A stretch of 64,000 nucleotides of DNA from an uncultured Angelakisella sp. GTDB lineage: Bacteria; Bacillota; Clostridia; Oscillospirales; Ruminococcaceae. Below are positions 1-8,803 of the stretch, piece by piece. The DNA lies in NCBI GenBank assembly GCA_910585535.1, contig CAJUFK010000004.1:3841-67840 (forward strand), written 5' to 3'. Made by a program: the position numbers and the translations under genes. A model generated the notes under the pieces. It was not told the DNA's origin, did no database searches, and saw nothing but the letters and a program-made list of their open reading frames with translations. The first letter of the stretch is position 1. Each line of letters opens with the position of its first letter.

Positions 1-243
1 CCCAACTTCGTTTACGCTATTGGTGAGTTTGAGCTGTTGCGAGACATAGCTGTTAGAAAAGGGTATATTTTCATTTGCCCAGAGCTCCATAGCCGGTATG
101 TCCCTCGCGGAGGGATCGCTATTCCCATAACCGACCCAGATTTCATCATGAAGGAAGGCTTTGTATTTCGCAAAGATATTATGTTGAGTGGCCAGGCGAA
201 GAAATTGATCCAATTCGTTCAGAACTATAACCCCCACAAATAG
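1..243 (+). CDS. LysR-family transcriptional regulator, C-terminal fragment (5' end outside window)
   Basis: Open frame from base 1 (PNFVYAIGEFELLRDIAVRKGYIFICPE...LSGQAKKLIQFV) resembles the end of a LysR substrate-binding domain; lies upstream of a catabolic operon. Confidence 0.6.
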   Translation, partial: PNFVYAIGEFELLRDIAVRKGYIFICPELHSRYVPRGGIAIPITDPDFIMKEGFVFRKDIMLSGQAKKLIQFVQNYNPHK

Positions 244-263
244 CTTCCAGCATATGACATCAA

Positions 264-296
264 CAGCCTACCACAACTTTGCGTTGTGGCAGGCTG
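264..296 (+). terminator. Stem-loop after LysR gene, probable terminator
   Basis: CAGCCTACCACAAC-tttgc-GTTGTGGCAGGCTG inverted repeat followed by T-rich sequence. Confidence 0.55.
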
Positions 297-395
297 CTGA
301 TTATTACTGTTTGTTATTCTCTTTTCCCCGTGATACTATATAAATGTACATAAAATATGTACAAGCAGCTGCTGAATCTGAAAGGAGAACCTTGT

Positions 396-1463
396 ATGAA
401 AAAACTATTGGCCACTGTTTTGACGATCGCACTTGTCCTTTCCCTTTCCGCCTGCGGCGGCTCCTCCAATCCGGCTTCCCCTACTGCGCCTGGAGCAGAG
501 AGTGGTTCCGCAGCACCCGAAACATCCGACTTCACTCCGGTGACATGGCGTTTTGCCAACCAGCACGCCCCTGACCAGCCGGGCTGTATCCTTGACCAAC
601 GGATCTGCGACGAGATCAAAGAGGCTACCCAAGGCCGTGTGACCGTGGAACTTTACGCCAACAATGCTCTGGGAGACTACACCAGTGTATTTGATGAACT
701 GATGCTGGGCACCATCGAAATGGCGCATATCACCCCTGTGGAATCCTATGACAGCCGAGTCTCTGCCGCCATGATCCCTTATCTGGGAACCACCTATGAG
801 GAGCTTTTGAAAGCCTACGCCCGGGATGGTTACCTGTTCGGTCAGGTCAAGGAGGCTCTTGGCGCTATCGGTATTGAACTGATGGGGATCTGTCCGGAGG
901 GCTACAACGGCATCGGCACGATGAGTGAACTGCAAAACCCCACTGTTCCGGGAGCGGAAAAGGGTCTTGTGATCCGGACCCCTATGCTGGACATCTTTGC
1001 CCTTAGCGGTATCGACCTGGGCTTTCGAGTTTCCTCTATGCCCTACGCCGACACCTATACTGCCATGCAGACCGGCGTCGTAGGCGGATGGGCTGGCGGC
1101 AGTATTACCGGCAACTACTTTGTCATGCGGGATCTCATCAAGTATTTTTATGATTACCGGCAAAATCAGGAGGCTACCCTTATTATGGTGAGCAGCCAGG
1201 CTTGGAGCAAGCTCCTTCCAAAGGATCAGGAAGCCATCTCCCAGATTGTTGCCAAGGGGTGCGAGGATATGGCGGAGATCACTCAAAAGGCCGATGCCGA
1301 AAACATCCCCAAGCTGGAAGAGTCCGGTATCAAGGTAGTCCTGTTCAGCGACGAGGAACTCCAGGCGTTTGCGGACAGCTGCCACAAGAACGTGTGGCCC
1401 AAGTTGTCGGCCAACTATCCCGAAGGCTTCATCGACAACATCCTGGCAGACATCTCTAAATGA
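396..1463 (+). CDS. dctP: TRAP transporter substrate-binding lipoprotein (DctP family)
   Basis: AAAGGAG RBS, lipobox LSAC, DctP-like motifs (VELYANNALG, GLVIRTP, YTAMQTGVV). Confidence 0.9.
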   Translation: MKKLLATVLTIALVLSLSACGGSSNPASPTAPGAESGSAAPETSDFTPVTWRFANQHAPDQPGCILDQRICDEIKEATQGRVTVELYANNALGDYTSVFDELMLGTIEMAHITPVESYDSRVSAAMIPYLGTTYEELLKAYARDGYLFGQVKEALGAIGIELMGICPEGYNGIGTMSELQNPTVPGAEKGLVIRTPMLDIFALSGIDLGFRVSSMPYADTYTAMQTGVVGGWAGGSITGNYFVMRDLIKYFYDYRQNQEATLIMVSSQAWSKLLPKDQEAISQIVAKGCEDMAEITQKADAENIPKLEESGIKVVLFSDEELQAFADSCHKNVWPKLSANYPEGFIDNILADISK

Positions 1464-1500
1464 TGCTGCACAAAGAAGCAAAGAACAGGAGGGAATCTCC

Positions 1501-2013
1501 GTGGTCAAATTACTGTGCACTCTGGACCGTTTCATTGAAAAGATCCAAAACTGGGTCCTGCTTCTTACGGGTACTGCTATCACCATGATGATCCTGGTCA
1601 ATGCGTTGTTTCGTTTTCTGAAGGTCGATTGGTTTGGTTCAGAGGAACTGATTTTGTTTGTAGCTTTTTGGCTCTACTTCACCGGAAGTGCCTGCGCCTC
1701 CAGGGAAAGGACCCAGATCAGTGCGGATATGCTGACTCTTTTTATTAAAGCTCCAGCGGCCCTCCGTATGATCTCCATTATCAAGGATGTGATCTCCCTG
1801 GTTATGGCCGCTGTTTTTACCGGCTGGGCTGTTCAGTTTGTGCAGTGGCAGTATAAGCTGAAGGCTACCTCAGCGGTTTACAAGCTTCCTACCATCATTT
1901 CCTTGATCCCCATCCTTATCTGTTTTGCCCTTTGGACCATCTACCTGTTTCGCGACCTGCTTCGCCACTTTGTTAAGGGAGAACCTCCCCAGAAAGGAGA
2001 TGAGGCTTTATGA
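1501..2013 (+). CDS. dctQ: TRAP transporter small permease (DctQ family)
   Basis: GTG start after GGAGG; four hydrophobic segments, 'WFGSEEL' motif; lies between DctP and DctM genes. Confidence 0.85.
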   Translation: MVKLLCTLDRFIEKIQNWVLLLTGTAITMMILVNALFRFLKVDWFGSEELILFVAFWLYFTGSACASRERTQISADMLTLFIKAPAALRMISIIKDVISLVMAAVFTGWAVQFVQWQYKLKATSAVYKLPTIISLIPILICFALWTIYLFRDLLRHFVKGEPPQKGDEAL

Positions 2014-3335
2014 AGATCCTGGTTGCGCTTGTGATCCTTATTGCCGCAATGATCATAGGTATCCCGGTCCCCCTGGCTTTCCTCCTTTCTGCCACCCAGC
2101 TGTGTGTGGTAAATGGAACTAATACCCAAATGCTCCTTTCCTATGGCTATAAAAGTGTCAACAGTGTTTTGCTACTGACCATTCCTCTGTTCGTTTTGGC
2201 AGGTTCCCTCATCAACAATGGCGGACTCGGGGAAAAACTTTGCGGCGCTGTGGAACGGACCAGATTGGGAAAGGTGAAAGGCGGTCTGGGGATCGTTTCG
2301 GTGGTAGCCTGTGCGGTATTCGGCGCTGTTTCCGGTTCCTCCTCCGCTACTCTTTCCTGTGTGGGCTCTATTATGACCCCCAAAATGAAGGAAGCAGGTT
2401 ATTCAGATGGACTGGTGGGATCCCTTTTGGCTTCCTCTGGGGTGCTTGGCATCCTTATCCCTCCGTCTATGATCATGATCCTCTACGCCTGGGCCTCCAA
2501 CGCCTCGGTGCTGGGATGTTTTCTGGCCACCATCCTTCCGGGGATCCTTCTGGTGATCCTTCTCAGCTTGGTGAACTGCTATCTGTACAAGCGAAACCAA
2601 AAAGATGGTACCATGACCCTTACCGATGCCATTTTGGAATCCGCTAAGCTGAAGGAGCGAGCCAAACAGCAAAACAAGGAGAAAGAGACCAGCGCGGTCC
2701 CTGCCCTTATCATGCCCCTTATTATCCTGGGTTCGATCTACGGCGGTTTTCTCACCGCAACAGAGGCTGCTGCTCTTTCGGTATTCTATGCCATTCCGGT
2801 GGGGATCTTCTACTACAAAAGGATCAACTGGAGCACCTACAAAAAGGCAATGATCGACGCCGGGAAAACGGCAGGCGTCATTATGACCATGCTGTTTTGT
2901 GTCCAGATCCTCAGCCGGCTGTACATTACGGAGAATCTGCCCAACACCATCCTTTCTGTTCTCACCGCCATTTCCAGCAATAAGGTGGTCATCCTGCTGA
3001 TGCTCAATCTGTTTATGGTGGTCATGGGGATGCTGATGGACGATACATCCTGCACCATTCTGCTCACACCTATCCTTTTGCCTGTGGCTACCAGCCTAGG
3101 TCTTAGTCCCTTCCACTTTGCCGCTATTTTAGGGGTCAATATTGGCATGGGCAACATAACCCCGCCCACCGCGCCCCTTCTCTATCTTTCCGGGCGTATC
3201 ACCGGGGCCCAAGTAAAGGATATGCTGAAGCCCACTCTGCTGATGATCTGTTTTGCCTGGCTTCCCACCTTGATCCTTACCACCTACTGCCCGATCTTCT
3301 CCGAAATCCTGCCAAGACTGCTTGGCTATCTGTAA
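2010..3335 (+). CDS. dctM: TRAP transporter large permease (DctM family)
   Basis: LLTIPLFVLAG, FGAVSGSS, GILIPPS, GNITPP motifs; polytopic membrane protein. Confidence 0.92.
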   Translation: MKILVALVILIAAMIIGIPVPLAFLLSATQLCVVNGTNTQMLLSYGYKSVNSVLLLTIPLFVLAGSLINNGGLGEKLCGAVERTRLGKVKGGLGIVSVVACAVFGAVSGSSSATLSCVGSIMTPKMKEAGYSDGLVGSLLASSGVLGILIPPSMIMILYAWASNASVLGCFLATILPGILLVILLSLVNCYLYKRNQKDGTMTLTDAILESAKLKERAKQQNKEKETSAVPALIMPLIILGSIYGGFLTATEAAALSVFYAIPVGIFYYKRINWSTYKKAMIDAGKTAGVIMTMLFCVQILSRLYITENLPNTILSVLTAISSNKVVILLMLNLFMVVMGMLMDDTSCTILLTPILLPVATSLGLSPFHFAAILGVNIGMGNITPPTAPLLYLSGRITGAQVKDMLKPTLLMICFAWLPTLILTTYCPIFSEILPRLLGYL

Positions 3336-3353
3336 AAGTGAGGGGTCTTCACA

Positions 3354-4961
3354 ATGAAAGTTTTCCGAAGTATTTTCAATAACACATTGGCGCCTATCAC
3401 GCCGGGGCCTTCCAGCTCCAATACCTGTGGCCCCGCTCGGATCGGCTTGGTAAGTCAGTACATATTGGGGGAGATCCCCAAAAGTGTCGTAGTGGAATAT
3501 GATGTGGATGGAGCTTTTACGACAACCCTTTATGGGATGAAAAGCGACATCGGTTTTATCAACGGCCTTTTGGGGAAAGATCAAAATGCTCCGGATTTTA
3601 CCTCGGCCTATGAAAATGCAAAGCAGGCCGGAATGGCGGTCACTTTTGCCCAGGTCGATGATTTGAAAATAGGTGGGCTGGAAACCGCCCGTCTGCGTAT
3701 GACCTCCCAGAAGGGTGATGAGATGACCGTTATCGGGGAATCCCTGGGAGGAGGAGCCTTTCGGATCCATTTTGTTGACGACTGCCCAGTGACCATTCTT
3801 GGAACCAGCTGGGAGCTGCTACTCTTCACCGATAAACGCTCCCCCAACGCCCTTCAAGCCGAAGTGGAACAACTCGCTGGAGGGCTTGCCCATCTCAATC
3901 AGGTGGACTGTGTTACTGGAGAGCGGTATTCACTCATTGACCTCAAAGCTGCAAAACCCTTCCCCGATAGTTTCCTTGCCAATCTCAAAAACCATCCTGA
4001 TGTGCTCCGGTTCTGTGTCATCCCTCCCATCCATCCGGTCGTGTACGACAAAACAAGAACACCCCCCTTTGAGACAGCAGAGGGATTGGTCGCCTATTGT
4101 GAGGAGCATCATTGCACCCCTGCTCGGGCGGCGGTGGACTACGAGATCGCTGTCACCGGATGGAGCGAAGCAGAGGTCCGAAATTACGGGGAGGCCCTTA
4201 TCGAGATCATGGAAGGATCGCGAGAAAAGGGGCTGCAGTCACAGATGCAGTTTGACGGCATTGTTACCCCCAAGGCGAGCATGATTCGTCAAGGCCTGCG
4301 GGATGGGAAATTACCGTCTTTGGGCCTCCTGGACGATGCTGTGGTGAGTGCTTTGGGTATTATGGAGCATAGCAATGCGGCGGGAAAAATCGTCTGTGTC
4401 CCTACAGGCGGTTCCTCCGGTATCGTGCCTGGGCTTCTGCTCTCCACGGCGGAACAGATGGGTTTAGACCATGACCAACTTTTTAAGGGACTGATGGTTT
4501 CCGGCATCATCGGGGTGCTGATGATGGTGGATGGAAACGAGTTTTCCGGGGGCGCCCACGGTTGCCAGGCCGAGGTAGGCTGTGGTACGGCTATGGCGGC
4601 AGCCGGGCTGGTCCAGCTGCTGGGAGGTACCGCCAAGCAAGCCTGCGACGCTGCTTCGATGGCTTTGCAAAGTCTTATGGGCCTGATTTGCGACCCGGTA
4701 GCTGGGCTGGTTCAGGTTCCCTGCCTGGCCCGAAACATGACCGGAGTGGCTGTCGCCGCTGTTGCTGCGGAAACGGTATGTACAGGCTTCGATGTGTTTC
4801 TCTCCCTGGATGAAATGAGTGAGGCTATGGTAAAGACCGGAACGATGATCCCCAATTCTCTTACGACCTTATGCAGCGGCTGCTGCCTGACCCCTACCAG
4901 TTGTCGGGTAACAGCAGAGAGGGCAGACGGGAAGGAGCATGAAGAATGGAAAAAGAGTTGA
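3354..4961 (+). CDS. Fe-S L-serine dehydratase-like ammonia-lyase, fused beta and alpha subunits
   Basis: N-terminal GPSSSNTCGP and GESLGGG (beta subunit); C-terminal PTGGSSG, GCQAEVG, GLICDPVAGLVQVPC (alpha subunit, Fe-S cysteines). Confidence 0.88.
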   Translation: MKVFRSIFNNTLAPITPGPSSSNTCGPARIGLVSQYILGEIPKSVVVEYDVDGAFTTTLYGMKSDIGFINGLLGKDQNAPDFTSAYENAKQAGMAVTFAQVDDLKIGGLETARLRMTSQKGDEMTVIGESLGGGAFRIHFVDDCPVTILGTSWELLLFTDKRSPNALQAEVEQLAGGLAHLNQVDCVTGERYSLIDLKAAKPFPDSFLANLKNHPDVLRFCVIPPIHPVVYDKTRTPPFETAEGLVAYCEEHHCTPARAAVDYEIAVTGWSEAEVRNYGEALIEIMEGSREKGLQSQMQFDGIVTPKASMIRQGLRDGKLPSLGLLDDAVVSALGIMEHSNAAGKIVCVPTGGSSGIVPGLLLSTAEQMGLDHDQLFKGLMVSGIIGVLMMVDGNEFSGGAHGCQAEVGCGTAMAAAGLVQLLGGTAKQACDAASMALQSLMGLICDPVAGLVQVPCLARNMTGVAVAAVAAETVCTGFDVFLSLDEMSEAMVKTGTMIPNSLTTLCSGCCLTPTSCRVTAERADGKEHEEWKKS

Positions 4962-5326
4962 TTTCTGCCTCTGGTGTAAATGCAAGCTTTTGCTATTCTC
5001 CAGCCATCCGCTATGGAAACCTGCTTTTTGTCTCCGGACAGGTAGGTACTGACGAAAGCGGCGGTACCCCGGAGGATATTGAGGTCCAGACCTCTCTGGC
5101 CATCCAAAATGCGGAAAAGCTGATAAAGGCTGCGGGAGGTGCCTTGTGTAATGTTTTGATGTGCCAGTGTTTTCTCCAAAGTGAAAACTGCTTTGAGGGG
5201 ATGAACCGTGCCTACGCTGGATTTTTTGGCGGTGACCATAACCTTGCACCTGCTCGATGCACCGTCATAGCTCCCGCATTGGATAAAAAATTCCTGGTCG
5301 AAATTACCATGATCGTGGGGCTTTGA
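4946..5326 (+). CDS. RidA/YjgF family enamine/imine deaminase
   Basis: YSPAIRYGNLLFVSGQ, PARC, LVEI motifs; adjacent to a dehydratase. Confidence 0.9.
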   Translation: MEKELISASGVNASFCYSPAIRYGNLLFVSGQVGTDESGGTPEDIEVQTSLAIQNAEKLIKAAGGALCNVLMCQCFLQSENCFEGMNRAYAGFFGGDHNLAPARCTVIAPALDKKFLVEITMIVGL

Positions 5327-6474
5327 AAGAAGCTCCGGTTTTGAGGAGGGGGAGCATACACGATGTATGCTCCCCCTCAATTTTACTGGAGGAGCTGATC
5401 TTTCTGCTGAATGCAGTGGTTTTTCTCTTTTTTATGCTGGGGGCGATAGACTACCTTTGGGATGGAAGGTTAGGGTTGGGCCGCGATTTTGAACGAGGGA
5501 TCAAATGTTGTGGCCAGCTGATGCTTGTGATGGTGGGGTTTCTCTCCTTGTCTCCTGTTCTAGGAACGATACTTGGTCCTGCTGTCACTCCGTTGTTCCA
5601 GGCGCTAGGGGCTGACCCTTCTTTGCTGGCCGGGCTTTTTCTTTCCAGCGATTCCGGAGGAGCGCCCCTGGCACTGGCCCTTTCGTTAAATCGCCAGGCA
5701 GGGAGCTATAACGGATATCTCGTGGCCTCTATGCTGGGTGGCGCTATGATGTGTATCATCCCTATGTCTATGCTGAACACGAAGGAATCAAACCGTCCAG
5801 CTGTGATCTATGGCCTTGTAGTGGGGCTTTTTTCAGTCCCATTTGGCTGTTTAGCCGGTGGGATCATCGGTGGCTTTTCCTGGGAGCTCCTTCTCCGAAA
5901 TACCGCCCCTGTTGCGGGATGCAGTTTTCTTCTTATCTTCCTTTTAGTATTTTTTCGGGAGCGCATCCTTCGTCCCTTTTGTGCATTTTCCCGGTTGCTT
6001 ATTGGGGTGAGTTTAGGCGGCTTTGCTCTGGCGGCCTTAAAGGAGCTTCTGGGCTTTGCCCCTCTTGCCGGGCTGGAACCCTTTGACGGTATCATGCTGA
6101 TCATTGGGGACATTGCCCTGATGCTTGGCGGCCTATTTCCCCTGATGGGGCTGGCTACAAGGCTGATGCGAAAACCTATTGGCTGTATTTCGTCCCGATG
6201 GGGGATGGGGCATACAGAGGTCAATTCCATTTTGGTCACTGCGGTAAACCCGTTTCCTACCCTGGATCAACTGAATGAAATGACGCCCAGGGGAGTGTTT
6301 TTCAACGCGGCCTTTATGGTCTGTGCCAACTGCGCCTTAGGGGATCACTTGGCCTATACCATGAAAATGGCTCCAGAACTGACAGCAGCAGTAGTGATGG
6401 GCAAGCTGTTCGGTGGGAGTGTTGCCTTGCTTGCGGCCTTTGTTTTGGCTCCACGGTTGCTTGAAGGAAAGTAA
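5323..6474 (+). CDS. eutH: EutH-family membrane transporter (start uncertain, probably ~5385-5410)
   Basis: LGLGRDFERG, GADPSLLAG..SDSGG, FMVCANCALGDHL, GKLFGG match the EutH pattern. Confidence 0.75.
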   Translation: MKEAPVLRRGSIHDVCSPSILLEELIFLLNAVVFLFFMLGAIDYLWDGRLGLGRDFERGIKCCGQLMLVMVGFLSLSPVLGTILGPAVTPLFQALGADPSLLAGLFLSSDSGGAPLALALSLNRQAGSYNGYLVASMLGGAMMCIIPMSMLNTKESNRPAVIYGLVVGLFSVPFGCLAGGIIGGFSWELLLRNTAPVAGCSFLLIFLLVFFRERILRPFCAFSRLLIGVSLGGFALAALKELLGFAPLAGLEPFDGIMLIIGDIALMLGGLFPLMGLATRLMRKPIGCISSRWGMGHTEVNSILVTAVNPFPTLDQLNEMTPRGVFFNAAFMVCANCALGDHLAYTMKMAPELTAAVVMGKLFGGSVALLAAFVLAPRLLEGK

Positions 6475-6739
6475 GGGCTGATTTTTGCCCCAATGCCCAA
6501 CAGCAGGAAAAATCAGAACAAAGGGAGTGGTTCTGAACAGGGGCTTGGGAGATTTTTGCCATAGATGTATGTAAGACCAGATACCAAAAAGAAAACGAAC
6601 CCGGGAGTGCGACGATTCAATTGGACGGACTGCACCCCGGGGTGTTTTTGTCCGGGACAAGCTGTTATGTCCGAGTTTGCTCCGACGGCTTATCACTTAA
6701 ATGATCCATAGCCATCTGCACATACAGTTGCTTTCTTGT

Positions 6740-6786
6740 TTTACAACCTGTTGCTGCCTTCGGTAAAATGGTATCAACATTTTACC
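6740..6786 (+). promoter_or_regulatory. Putative promoter of the tyrosine recombinase with overlapping operator-like inverted repeat
   Basis: TTTACA (6740)-18 bp-TAAAAT (6764); perfect 9 bp inverted repeat GGTAAAATG (6762-6770)/CATTTTACC (6778-6786). Confidence 0.5.
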
Positions 6787-6802
6787 AAAGGAGGATATTG
6801 CC

Positions 6803-7645
6803 ATGGAGAAAAGAATTATGGAAGGACAGCTTGCTGCATTTCGTCAGTGGCTATTGGAGGAGGAACGGGAACCCGCCACCATTGAGAAATACCTGCGGGA
6901 GGTAGAATTGTTTGCCACTTGGATGGAAGGCCAGCCAGTGACCAAGGAGCAGGTAGCACGATGGAAAGCCCACCTGACAGCCAGTGGATTTCGACCGGGG
7001 ACGGTGAACGGAAAACTTTCCGCCCTCAACAAGTTTTTATCTTTTCTGGGGTGGTCGGATTGCCGGGTGAAGTATCTAAGGATTCAGCGGCGGGTGTTTC
7101 GGAATACTGACCGAGAGTTGACCAAAGATGAGTACCTCCGCTTGTTGGGTACAGCCCAGGAGATGGGGCGGGAGCGTTTGACTCTACTTATTGAGACGAT
7201 TTGCGCCACAGGTATCCGGGTGTCAGAGGTGAGGTATATTACAATGGAGGCGGCTCAGGCCGGGCGGGCAGAAATCACCCTGAAGGGAAAGATACGGGTC
7301 ATCCTCTTGCCGGGAAAACTCTGCCGGAAGCTGGTAAAATACGCCAGGAAAAGAAAAATCACCTCCGGGGAGATCTTTCTCACCAGAAGCGGCAGGAGTT
7401 TGAGCAGGCGGCAGATTTGGGCCGAAATGAAAGCCCTTTGTACCAAGGCCGGGGTGGAGCGGAGCAAGGTGTTCCCCCACAATCTCCGACATCTCTTTGC
7501 CCGGCTGTTCTATCGGGCCTGTCGGGATGTGGTCAAGCTGGCGGATATTTTGGGTCATTCCAGCCTTGATACGACACGCATCTACCTGATTTCTACAGGA
7601 GCGGAACACGCTCGACAGCTGGAACGGCTTGGGCTTGTATCATAA
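6803..7645 (+). CDS. Tyrosine recombinase/invertase (intact catalytic residues)
   Basis: N-terminal SAM-like domain; TGIRVSE (R), HNLRH (HxxR), LGHSS (H), TTRIY (Y). Confidence 0.93.
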   Translation: MEKRIMEGQLAAFRQWLLEEEREPATIEKYLREVELFATWMEGQPVTKEQVARWKAHLTASGFRPGTVNGKLSALNKFLSFLGWSDCRVKYLRIQRRVFRNTDRELTKDEYLRLLGTAQEMGRERLTLLIETICATGIRVSEVRYITMEAAQAGRAEITLKGKIRVILLPGKLCRKLVKYARKRKITSGEIFLTRSGRSLSRRQIWAEMKALCTKAGVERSKVFPHNLRHLFARLFYRACRDVVKLADILGHSSLDTTRIYLISTGAEHARQLERLGLVS

Positions 7646-7729
7646 TTCAGAAACTAAACAGAACACGCAAATAGTATCTTGACTTGGCTTGAAAATCAGA
7701 TAAGCACAAGAAATCAAGAGACTTTTGGG

Positions 7730-7780
7730 GCAAAACAAAGGGGACAGAAAGGAAATTTATTCCTCTGACCCCTGTTTTGC
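7730..7780. terminator. Long hairpin inside the candidate invertible segment
   Basis: GCAAAACAAAGGGGACAGAAAGGAA-attta-TTCCTCTGACCCCTGTTTTGC imperfect inverted repeat. Confidence 0.6.
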
Positions 7781-7802
7781 ACGCAAAAAATAGGCCCAAG
7801 CC

Positions 7803-7831
7803 TTGCAATCCTGCATGATTTGTGATAAACT
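7803..7831 (+). promoter_or_regulatory. sigmaA promoter facing the polysaccharide operon (ON orientation)
   Basis: TTGCAA (7803-7808)-17 bp-TAAACT (7826-7831) with extended TGn; lies between the inverted repeats. Confidence 0.7.
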
Positions 7832-7926
7832 GTTACCAGTCTATGCGGAATCTTGGCAAAGGGCGTTTCTTTTTGCCTTGGATTTTATACCAAATGCGTG
7901 TTCTGACAATAGAAGGGAGGGGTCCC

Positions 7927-8787
7927 ATGCCAAGGGCACAACAACGTATTCTGACTGAACAGCGACCGGTGCGGCAGTATCAGACGGGTGAGGGGGTCCT
8001 CATCACCATGGAGGAGATCGAACGGTTTCTTTCCCTCTATGAGAGCATGGATCGTGCAGAGGGGACGATCAAGTTCTACCGGCGGAAGCTGACACGGTTT
8101 TACCGGGACCTGCCAGAGGACAAGCGTATCCGTCATGGGTTTATGGAAAGCTGGCGGGAGTCTTTGTTAAAGGAATATGCGCCTGCTTCCGTGAATGCCT
8201 CTCAATCGGCGGTGAACGCTTTTCTGGACTACATTGGCCACCGGGAGTACCAGCTGGTGGGACAGATCAAAGAGGAGAAGCTGCCCCAGCCGGAGCTTTC
8301 CCGGGCGGAGTATCTGCACCTTCTGCATACGGCAAAGACCTTGGGTAATGAGAAAGTGTATCTGCTTATCAAGCTGTTTGCTTGTACGGGGTTCTTTGTC
8401 AAGGAGTTGCCGAATTTGACGGTGGAGGCCGTTCGGGAGGGGAAGGTCGTTTGCTACCAGAACCGGGTGAAGCAGGCGGTGGCTATTCCAGCGTGTGTCC
8501 AAAAAGAACTGTTGAGTTTTGCAGAAGAGAGCGGCATCTCATCTGGAGCGATTTTTCGCACTCGAAGCGGACAAGCGATAAAGCGAACCTATATCCCGAT
8601 TCTGATGAAGCCGGTTTGCGAGGCGGCAAGGATTGATGACAGTCGGGCGACGCCACAGTCTTTGAGAAGGCTATACTTTTCCACCCGGGCGGGAATTGAG
8701 AGCAACATCGCCCTGCTGGTGGAGCAGGCTATGGAGCGGCAGTTGGAGCAGGAGCAGCTAGCTGTGGGGTGGAAGGAAGATCACTAA
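7927..8787 (+). CDS. Tyrosine-recombinase-like protein lacking catalytic residues
   Basis: Paralogous to 6803-7645 (ELSRAEYLHLL vs ELTKDEYLRLL) but TGFFVKE, PQSLRR and no LGH..Y box; GGGAGG RBS. Confidence 0.8.
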   Translation: MPRAQQRILTEQRPVRQYQTGEGVLITMEEIERFLSLYESMDRAEGTIKFYRRKLTRFYRDLPEDKRIRHGFMESWRESLLKEYAPASVNASQSAVNAFLDYIGHREYQLVGQIKEEKLPQPELSRAEYLHLLHTAKTLGNEKVYLLIKLFACTGFFVKELPNLTVEAVREGKVVCYQNRVKQAVAIPACVQKELLSFAEESGISSGAIFRTRSGQAIKRTYIPILMKPVCEAARIDDSRATPQSLRRLYFSTRAGIESNIALLVEQAMERQLEQEQLAVGWKEDH

Positions 8788-8803
8788 AACGAGGTGAAAG
8801 CGG

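Larger units (their letters stand above)
7659..7905. repeat. Inverted repeats bounding a candidate invertible segment (~247 bp)
   Basis: CAGAACACGCA at 7659-7669 and its exact reverse complement TGCGTGTTCTG at 7895-7905; extends inward to 16/19 matches (7659-7677 vs 7887-7905). Confidence 0.75.

Noticed and set aside
405..1601. Long antisense ORFs (e.g. 405-1601, 34273-35397, 50640-51944, 57872-59212)
   Set aside because: Shadow frames of well-supported genes in GC-rich DNA, with no RBS or recognisable motifs
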